NCBI GenBank assembly: GCA_963555995.3
Contig: OY821641.1
Coordinates: forward strand, 32,001-96,000
Origin: Vicinamibacteria bacterium
GTDB taxonomy: Bacteria > Acidobacteriota > Vicinamibacteria > Marinacidobacterales > Marinacidobacteraceae
Direction: 5' to 3'
Length of the DNA stretch: 64,000 nucleotides
Numbering within the stretch: position 1 is the stretch's first letter; each line of letters starts with the position of its first letter. Both the position numbers and the translations under genes were made by a program. The notes beneath the pieces are model-generated. The model ran no database searches. It saw nothing but the letters and a program-made list of their open reading frames with translations, and was not told where the DNA came from. Of the stretch, positions 10,179-17,549 are shown piece after piece.

Positions 10179-10511
10179 ATGAAACCGGAAATACCGAACG
10201 AAGGAGTCACACGGAGCGCCGCCTCCCGCGTCGCGCGCCACCGTGTCCGAGTGGCCGCACGTGGGATGGCGCGCCTTGAGGTCTCGGTTCCCCGAGCGGA
10301 CGCTGCGCTCCTCAGGTCCGTGGCGCGAATCCTTCGCGAAGGTGGCGAGGAGGCCGTGGAGGTCCGGCGAAACCTGGCGGCCGCGGCGCCTCCTCCGGTC
10401 GCCCGGACGGGCGCCGAACTCTGGGCCTTGCTGCGCTCCGGCCCGCTCTTCGACGTGGAACTGGACATTCGGCGCGAAACCACCGACCGGCGCCCCGTGG
10501 AGTTCGAGTGA
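10179..10511 (+). CDS. Probable antitoxin of the PIN toxin
   Basis: Small basic ORF whose stop overlaps the toxin start (GTGA); TATCAT 8 nt upstream of ATG. Confidence 0.7.
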   Translation: MKPEIPNEGVTRSAASRVARHRVRVAARGMARLEVSVPRADAALLRSVARILREGGEEAVEVRRNLAAAAPPPVARTGAELWALLRSGPLFDVELDIRRETTDRRPVEFE

Positions 10512-10933
10512 CGGGGTTTCTCCTCGACACCAACGTTGTCAGCGAGAGCGCCAGGCGTCGTCCGGAACCACGGGTCGCCGCCTGGTGGTCGGCGCAGCGA
10601 TCGGACGAACTGTTCGTAGCGTCCATCACGATCGGTGAACTCGTCCGCGGTGCGCGCAAGATCCAGGAGCCAGCAACGGCAAGGCGCTATGACGAATGGA
10701 TCCAGGATTTCGTGATCCCCAGGTTCGAGGGGCGCATCCTGCCGTTTGATGACCGGGCCGCGTTCCGGTGGGGCGAGATGATGGCGGCGGCGGATCGCAT
10801 CGGCCGCAAACGGCCGCCGCTGGACGCTCAGCTGGCGGCGATTGCGGCGTTGCACTCCCTGACGCTCGTCACCCGGAACGTTCGAGACTTTCGCAGCCTC
10901 GAGGTTCCCATCCTCAATCCCTGGGACGCCTGA
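10508..10933 (+). CDS. vapC: VapC/PIN-domain toxin
   Basis: FLLDTNVVSE, SITIGEL, DAQLAAIA, LVTRNVRDF, NPW. Confidence 0.92.
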   Translation: MTGFLLDTNVVSESARRRPEPRVAAWWSAQRSDELFVASITIGELVRGARKIQEPATARRYDEWIQDFVIPRFEGRILPFDDRAAFRWGEMMAAADRIGRKRPPLDAQLAAIAALHSLTLVTRNVRDFRSLEVPILNPWDA

Positions 10934-10959
10934 CCAGGGTTCCGGCCAGCCGAGCGCGC

Positions 10960-12903
10960 TCAGGGACGCTGGCCGGGGTTCCCCGGAAGCGGACCCACGT
11001 AGCTGCGTCCAGCGCGATACAGCATGAGGCGCTGGCGGATGGCGGCGGCGAGTTCCGGATCGTTGGCGGCAACCAGCCCTTCCGCCCGTTCCGTGGCCCG
11101 GATCGCGCCTCCGAAATCCCCCGCGGCGGCGAGGGCGGCCCCGAACAGGTCCAGCGAACGGGGTTCCTGGAACGAGAACTGCGCGGCGAGACGCTCGGCG
11201 AGCCGCACCGCCTCTGCCGGGTTCCGCAGATCGCGTCTCGGGTGAGCGGCGAGGATTCCGGCCAGGGGACCGAGCGCCGCGGGCAGCTCCGAGTCGATCC
11301 GGAGTGTGTCCCGGAATGCGGCGATCGCTTCGGCCGGCCGATCGGCGCCGAGGAGCGCCGCGCCCAGCGTGGCGTGCACGCCGGCCGACTCCTCGCTCAG
11401 TTCCACCGCGGTCGTGAGCGGGTCCACCGCTCCCGCGAAGTCTCCGGACTGAAGCAGTGTCTCGCCGAGTTCGTAGTGGGCGTGGGGTGTCCGGGGTCTC
11501 TCGGCGGCGGCCTCCCGGAAAATGGCCGTCGCTTCGGAGATGCGACCGCCATCCCGGAGTAGTGCGCCCGCCTTCAGACGGGTCTCGTAGTCCGCGCCGC
11601 CTTCGACCGCCTCCCTCAGCAGCGCCTGAGCCTCGCCGCGCGCTCCGCGGATGTGGAGCAACTCCGCGAGTCCGGCACGGAGGCGGGCCGCCTTGGCCGG
11701 CGGGTTCTCCTCGGGCATCCGCCGCTCGTAGAGCTCCTCCAGCCAGGCGAGTTCCCCGCGGCCGGCCGCGGAACCCGGGGTCGGCGGTTCTCCGGGCAAC
11801 CGGATCCAGTGGTCGGTGAACGGAGTCCCGTGGAACGCCTCGCTCTGGGTCGGCAGGTGGCACCCCGCGCAATCGGAGTCGGCCGTCACGACCGTCTGCC
11901 GGTGGAGCGACGGGACGTCCTCGTGGCAGCGGGAGCAGACGGTGCGGGTCCGATCCGGTCCGGCGGGGTTCGGCAGATGCGGGTCGTGACACTCCGTGCA
12001 GGTGATGGCCTCCGCCGGATCAGATTCGCGGAAACACGCGCTCATCATGAGGCTCGCCCCGGCGTGGCGGGCCAGGAGGGGGTCGCGGGCCAGGATCTCC
12101 CGGGGCTCGAAATCAGTCGGCTGCCGGTGGCACTGCCCGCAGAAGGCGACCTGATCCGCCGGCGAGAGCCGTCCCGGGTGGAAGATGGCGCCCGGATCGC
12201 CTCCGGCGGACTGGGCCTCGACGTGGGCGATGCCGGAGCCGTGGCAACGCTCGCAGGAGACGCCCAGCACGGCTTCGTGCGGATTGAACCGGCCGTCCTC
12301 GTCCCAGGCGAGCGCGGTGGCGTGGCAGCCGATGCAGCTTGCGCTCTCCTCGGTGGTGTCGAGATTGCCCAGCGCGTCTTCGTCCTCTTCGCCCCCGGGA
12401 GTCGGGAACCAGCCGTCCCGGGCGTGCGAGAAGGAGAGCCGGAGTTCACGCAGTCGGCCGCCGGGCGCGAAGGAAACGGGCGTGAGGCCCCGCAGTCCGG
12501 AACCGAAGACGGCATCCACCGGGACCTCCGGCGGGTCCGCCCCCGGCGCCGCGAACCGGACACCTCCATCGGCCTCGAGTTCGTAGGCTGGCTGCGCGCC
12601 GATTCCCGCCGGCCAGGAGATCGCCCGCGCCAGCATCTCGTCCGAGAACCAGCGGTCGCGCGTCGCCTCCGTCACCACGCCTGCGGTCTGCGCCATGGGA
12701 TGGTCCGCCTGGGCCAGGACGATGTCCGCGTGACAGGCGGCGCACACCTCGGCGCCCACCCCCTCGTCCGGGTCAGCGAGCGGCGTCCGGGGCGCCTCCG
12801 CCGACCGGGGTGGAGGCTCCGGAGGCCCTCCTTCATCTCCACAACCCCAGACCGTTGCCGACAGGAGCGCTGCTGCGACCACGGCGCCTCGGAATCGGAG
12901 CAC
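10960..12903 (-). CDS. Multiheme c-type cytochrome with C-terminal TPR repeats, probable lipoprotein
   Basis: Seven CxxCH motifs (CAACH, CIGCH, CERCH, CGQCH, CTECH, CSRCH, CAGCH); VWGC lipobox-like site; TPR-like helices. Confidence 0.85.
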   Translation of the reverse strand: MLRFRGAVVAAALLSATVWGCGDEGGPPEPPPRSAEAPRTPLADPDEGVGAEVCAACHADIVLAQADHPMAQTAGVVTEATRDRWFSDEMLARAISWPAGIGAQPAYELEADGGVRFAAPGADPPEVPVDAVFGSGLRGLTPVSFAPGGRLRELRLSFSHARDGWFPTPGGEEDEDALGNLDTTEESASCIGCHATALAWDEDGRFNPHEAVLGVSCERCHGSGIAHVEAQSAGGDPGAIFHPGRLSPADQVAFCGQCHRQPTDFEPREILARDPLLARHAGASLMMSACFRESDPAEAITCTECHDPHLPNPAGPDRTRTVCSRCHEDVPSLHRQTVVTADSDCAGCHLPTQSEAFHGTPFTDHWIRLPGEPPTPGSAAGRGELAWLEELYERRMPEENPPAKAARLRAGLAELLHIRGARGEAQALLREAVEGGADYETRLKAGALLRDGGRISEATAIFREAAAERPRTPHAHYELGETLLQSGDFAGAVDPLTTAVELSEESAGVHATLGAALLGADRPAEAIAAFRDTLRIDSELPAALGPLAGILAAHPRRDLRNPAEAVRLAERLAAQFSFQEPRSLDLFGAALAAAGDFGGAIRATERAEGLVAANDPELAAAIRQRLMLYRAGRSYVGPLPGNPGQRP

Positions 12904-12939
12904 GCGGCGATCTTGGCCGAAGTCCCGCCAAAAAGAAAA

Positions 12940-14316
12940 GGCGCTTCACGGTTTCGTGTGGAAACAGGCCGCAGCCGGGCTGAGGTCCAGCCCGCCCAGG
13001 TGGAAGTAGATCGCCTCCCGGAAGCGGGCGCGGTTTCGGTAACCGCAGGCCATCTTCTTGAGCCACTGGATGCGCGAGTTGATGGCCTCGGCGCGTGCAT
13101 TGGTGACGGTGGAGGTGGCGGCGTTGATCACGCCATCCCAGTGTCGCTTGATCATCCGAGCGACACGCTTGATGGGTTCCAGGCGTGAGCGGATGGCCCA
13201 GCCGTACCACTGCTTCCACCGGCGTTCGGCCCAGCCCCGGACCCGGTATCCCCACAGGGTTGCGGCCAACTGCTTGATCGCCCAGGCGCGCGCCACCCGG
13301 AGTTCACTGTTCCGCAGGGTGGCGAATTTCAACTGCTGCCGGCGATTCAGCGTCCCCGGCTTCATCTGCCACAGGTACCTGCTCTTGTTGAGCCGGTCGT
13401 CCCCGGAGCGCAGCAACTCCCGATGCTCCTCCCGGCGCACCCGGTCCACCGCCTGTCCCAGGTGCTGAAACACGTGGAACTTGTCGAACACGATCTCCGC
13501 TTCGGTGTTCTCCCGGACCGACCGGATGTACGGCTGCGCCATGTCCATCGCCACCTGCTCAAGCTCGGCACACCCTTCCGACCCCAGTTCCTCGAAGAAG
13601 CCGTCAAGAGCCGTTTGGCTCCGCCCGTCAGCGACATACAGGACGCTGCCTGCCAGATCGTTCACCACCGTCACATACTCGTGCCGCTTCTGGAAGGAGG
13701 TCTCATCCACCCCGATCCGACGGGGCGGACGGAGCTCCCGGCGCGCCAGCCCCCGCCGCACCGCCCGGTGCTGGATACCCGCCACCTGACCCCACGAAAG
13801 ACCGAACTGCCGCGCGACCGCCGAGGCGCTCGCTTCCAGAAGCCAGGCGATCACCAGCCCCTCGAAACGGGCCGTGAATCGGGAGTTCGCATCCGCCCAC
13901 GGGGGAACCACCTGTCGCACCCCATGCACCGTGCAGCGCACCCGCGGGATCTCCGCCACCAACCAGGTCTGATACTGCATCGTGTCCAGATGCCGCCAGC
14001 GCCGCCGCCGCCCGTCGTGCCGCTGACCCGCCTCGCCGCACTCCGGGCACGCCAGGCGGCCTCCCGTCCACACCACCATCACCTCAACCTCCTCCGTCTC
14101 GTGGCGCACCAGGACCTCCGACACCTGCCACGGGGGACGCAAGCCGAGAAGCGATTGGTAATGCTGGGTGATGTACGTCATCACGCCAGCATAAAACGAC
14201 GCCTCCCGAGCACCCTCCCGAAACCGCGCCCGCTTCCGGGAGGCGATCTACTTCCCCTGGGCGGGCTGGATCTCAGCCCGGCTGCGGCCTGTTTCCACAC
14301 GAAACCGTGAAGAGCC
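12940..14316 (-). mobile_element. ISL3-family insertion sequence
   Basis: Ends GGCGCTTCACGG and CCGTGAAGAGCC; 8-bp direct repeat AAAGAAAA at 12932-12939 and 14317-14324. Confidence 0.92.
12946..14181 (-). CDS. ISL3 transposase
   Basis: CPEC zinc finger, WRHLDTMQY, GVDETS, AMDM, FDKFHV, AEAINSRIQ, GYRNRARFREAIYFHLGGLDL. Confidence 0.95.
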   Translation of the reverse strand: MTYITQHYQSLLGLRPPWQVSEVLVRHETEEVEVMVVWTGGRLACPECGEAGQRHDGRRRRWRHLDTMQYQTWLVAEIPRVRCTVHGVRQVVPPWADANSRFTARFEGLVIAWLLEASASAVARQFGLSWGQVAGIQHRAVRRGLARRELRPPRRIGVDETSFQKRHEYVTVVNDLAGSVLYVADGRSQTALDGFFEELGSEGCAELEQVAMDMAQPYIRSVRENTEAEIVFDKFHVFQHLGQAVDRVRREEHRELLRSGDDRLNKSRYLWQMKPGTLNRRQQLKFATLRNSELRVARAWAIKQLAATLWGYRVRGWAERRWKQWYGWAIRSRLEPIKRVARMIKRHWDGVINAATSTVTNARAEAINSRIQWLKKMACGYRNRARFREAIYFHLGGLDLSPAAACFHTKP

Positions 14317-14356
14317 AAAGAAAAGGCCCGCCGACCCCTTGCGGGGCCGGCGGGCC
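14317..14356 (-). terminator. Rho-independent terminator of TonB receptor 2
   Basis: Stem GGCCCGCCGACCCC-TTGC-GGGGCCGGCGGGCC followed by TTTTCTTT on the minus strand. Confidence 0.8.
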
Positions 14357-14397
14357 GTGCTGTTCCGGCGGAACCGGTTGGCTGGCCTCCTGTCAGA

Positions 14398-17292
14398 TCA
14401 GAAGGTCAACCTCGCGGAAAGCCCGATGGTTCGTCCCTTCAGATATTCCACGATGTTCTGATAGGGCGTCACCGAATCCAGCAACTGGAAGTTCACGATC
14501 GTGTTGGCGTTCATCGCGTTGAAGATGTCGAAAATGAACTGTGCGTTCATGCGATCGCTCAGCGCGAAGGACTTGTCGAGTCGGAAGTCCACGATGGTGA
14601 CGTTGGGCGAGCGGGCCTCGCTCATGGGGGCCAGCCAGGAGGTGACCGTCACCCGTCCGTCGTACACCGTGTTCCGGTGGGTCGGCGCATAGTTGTAGCC
14701 GCTCACGAGCCGATACGTTCCCGCCACTCCGATCTCGTACGGGAGGACATACCGTGCGGAAGCCTTCAACTGATAGGTGGTCGTGTCCTGAACCGTCGGA
14801 ATGTCCTGGTCGTAGTTGATGAACCAGCCCTGCGACGTGGGGTCGGAAGACAGCGGCGAACTGGTTGCCCAGCCGCTGGACGACCCGGCGGCGCTCCGCG
14901 GCTCCGACCGCCACTGGTAGTCGAAGTACACGTTGTAGAAGAAGTTGCTCCGGAACCGCTTGTTGAGTCCGAGCGAAACGGTGTGGAAGTCCATGTCGCT
15001 CTCGCCGGCCGGGTGGTTCGTGGTCAGCCGATCGGTCGTGCCGACCAGTTCCTCGGGGTAGAGGAGCAGGTTGAACGACCGGTTGTAGCCCGGGGGACAC
15101 CCGTCGCAGGTCGGAATCGTGATCGGGGTGTTCAGACCCAGGTCCGCCTGGTCGTAGCTGCTCCAGGTGTTCCGCATCCGCTTGTACACGTAGGACACGC
15201 GCGTGCCGAGGTCAGCAGTCAGCTCGTGCTCGAGCGAGGCGCTCAACTCGTCCGCCCAAGGGAGGGTCCAGTTCGGATCAATCGGCGTTGTGGAGCCGGA
15301 CCCGGCGCCCGCCGTATAGGACAGTTGCTGGCCCAGTTCGCTGACATCGTCGAGGACTCCGTTCATGTTCTGGTCGAGGAACTCGTAGCGGGCCGAAGGC
15401 TGGCCACCGGGGTTCGCCGACAGGAGACCAGTCCCGATGTTCGAGTAGTAGCGGCCGAAGTACGTCTTGAAGACGCTGGAACCCTCGCCGGTGAGGTCAT
15501 AGGTGAGTCCCACCCGGGGCGCGACGTTCCAATGGCTGAACACATCGTCGCCAGGCGTCACGCCGCCGGCGCCGAAGACACTCATCAGGATCTGGCTCTG
15601 GTTGGACGGGAGTTCGAACTTGCACTGGAGCACGTCCTGGCAAGCGCTTCCCGGCGAGTTGTCGGCTTCGAGGTAGTAGAGGATCTGGCTGCCTACCCGC
15701 ACGCCGGCCATCAGCGTCAACCGGTCGTTGACCGTCCACACGTCCTGCACGAAGAAGTCCGCGTGCATGTTCCGGTTGTCCACGAGGTTCGGAACTCCCA
15801 CGAGGTCCACCTGGTGCACGTTGAGCGGGCGGCCCTGGCCCGGATCGTCGCGGTAGCGGAAGGCGCCGGAGTTCGTGTTGAACCCGCGGAGCTCGCTGTC
15901 GATCTGCCAGTCCCAGCCGAACTTGAAGTCGTGGCTGCCGTCGCCGATCGGGACGTAGTAGTTGAACTGCGCCGTGCTCTGGGGCTTCCAGCGGTTCCGG
16001 GTGAACGGCTGCCACCCGGCGCCCGACACGTGGCTGCTGGCCAGGTTGAACCTTGGCTCGTTGCCGTTGATCGGATCGTCCTTCGGGACCATGGGCCAGG
16101 TCGTCCCCATGTGGCCGACCATGATGTTGCTGAAGAACCGGTCGCTCCAGACGCGCTGCCACTCGGCCTTGTGGAGCCAGATCCAGTAGTCCTGGGCGAG
16201 GATGGATTCGGCGGGGCGGGTGGCCGAGAGGCCGCGGTTGGGCTTCCGCTTCCAGGACCAGGTCGAGAAGCCGATGAACTGGTCGCGCTCGGTGATCTGG
16301 TAGTTCACCTTCGCGGTGAAGATGTCGAAGTCGCCGATGTCGGTGGCGAGGTTCTGGTCCACGCCGGAGATCGCGGTGTCAATGTAGAAGTTGTTGTAAG
16401 CGCCGTAGAACCACGCCTTGTCCCGCACGATGGGTCCGCCGAGATCGAGGTGGAACTCGTAGAAGCTGAGCACCGGCGACGGCGAGCCGCCCTGCTGCTC
16501 CAGCTCGGACGTGAAGTTGTCGGCGATCATGCCCGGCGGGTTCCAGGCGCCGCTCTGCAGACCGGAGAAATCGTTACCGCCGCTCTTCACGGTGGTCTGG
16601 ATCTGCGCGCCCGGGGTGGACATTTCCACGTCCGCGCCCTGCGCCGAGACCTGCATCTCCTCCATCGCGTAGTAGTCGTAGTAGCCGCCGGCCGAGCCGG
16701 TGCCCTCGGTGGTGTTCACGCCCTCGTAGAGGACCCGGTTCTGGCTCCGCACCCCGAAGGTCTCGTACATGGACTGCTGGCTCTTGTGCGAACCGCCCAC
16801 GTCGTAGCCCTGTACCCGGATGCCCGGGCTCTGGTGCAGCACCGCCCACATGTCGGTGGCGGTGGGAACCTCGTCGAGCTGGGTCTTGTCGAAGGTCGCC
16901 GCCACGCCGGTGGACTTCACGTCCACGACCGGCGATTCGCCGGTCACCGTGACCGTCTCCGCCACCGTGGCGATCTGCATGTCGGCGTCCACCGTGAAGG
17001 TCGCGCCGGTGACGACCCGGACTTCCTCGAACACGACCGTCGAGAAGCCGCTGAGTTCGAACGAGATGTTGTAGTCGCCCGGAGGCAGCGCCTGGAACCG
17101 GTAGGAGCCATCAATGTCGGTGGTGGCGTTCCTGGTTCCGATGATGGCCTCACCCGAGAGGGTGACCGACACGCCGGGGAGGGAGAGTCCCTGGGCGTCG
17201 CGCGCCGCGCCTTCGAGGCGTCCGTACTGCTGCTGCGCGGCCGCCGGGACGGCGAACGCCAGGAACAGAAGAGCGAGAAGAGTCTTTCTCAT
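14398..17292 (-). CDS. TonB-dependent receptor (paralog 2)
   Basis: Start MRKTLLALLF after an AAGGAGG SD; same architecture and C-terminus as paralog 1. Confidence 0.92.
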   Translation of the reverse strand: MRKTLLALLFLAFAVPAAAQQQYGRLEGAARDAQGLSLPGVSVTLSGEAIIGTRNATTDIDGSYRFQALPPGDYNISFELSGFSTVVFEEVRVVTGATFTVDADMQIATVAETVTVTGESPVVDVKSTGVAATFDKTQLDEVPTATDMWAVLHQSPGIRVQGYDVGGSHKSQQSMYETFGVRSQNRVLYEGVNTTEGTGSAGGYYDYYAMEEMQVSAQGADVEMSTPGAQIQTTVKSGGNDFSGLQSGAWNPPGMIADNFTSELEQQGGSPSPVLSFYEFHLDLGGPIVRDKAWFYGAYNNFYIDTAISGVDQNLATDIGDFDIFTAKVNYQITERDQFIGFSTWSWKRKPNRGLSATRPAESILAQDYWIWLHKAEWQRVWSDRFFSNIMVGHMGTTWPMVPKDDPINGNEPRFNLASSHVSGAGWQPFTRNRWKPQSTAQFNYYVPIGDGSHDFKFGWDWQIDSELRGFNTNSGAFRYRDDPGQGRPLNVHQVDLVGVPNLVDNRNMHADFFVQDVWTVNDRLTLMAGVRVGSQILYYLEADNSPGSACQDVLQCKFELPSNQSQILMSVFGAGGVTPGDDVFSHWNVAPRVGLTYDLTGEGSSVFKTYFGRYYSNIGTGLLSANPGGQPSARYEFLDQNMNGVLDDVSELGQQLSYTAGAGSGSTTPIDPNWTLPWADELSASLEHELTADLGTRVSYVYKRMRNTWSSYDQADLGLNTPITIPTCDGCPPGYNRSFNLLLYPEELVGTTDRLTTNHPAGESDMDFHTVSLGLNKRFRSNFFYNVYFDYQWRSEPRSAAGSSSGWATSSPLSSDPTSQGWFINYDQDIPTVQDTTTYQLKASARYVLPYEIGVAGTYRLVSGYNYAPTHRNTVYDGRVTVTSWLAPMSEARSPNVTIVDFRLDKSFALSDRMNAQFIFDIFNAMNANTIVNFQLLDSVTPYQNIVEYLKGRTIGLSARLTF

Positions 17293-17480
17293 GGTCCCTC
17301 CTTGGGGGAAAAAGTAGAAGAACGGTACCAGAGTTCGGCAAGAGATGTGCCATCGAGCGTCCGGGTCTTCCGAGACTACAAGAGACCATTTTTCAACACG
17401 ATACGGAGGACAGAAGAACGGATTCACGAATCCGATCCAAATTTTTCGATCCACCGAGGGGATAGGCGGAGCCCCTCCGA

Positions 17481-17523
17481 CAAAGGAAAAGCCCGCCGGC
17501 TTCCCTGGGGAAGCCGACGGGCC
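17481..17523 (-). terminator. Rho-independent terminator of TonB receptor 3
   Basis: GCCCGCCGGCTTCCC-TG-GGGAAGCCGACGGGC stem followed by TTTTCCTTT on the minus strand. Confidence 0.75.
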
Positions 17524-17549
17524 TGATCCTGTTCGGACGACTCAGCAGG

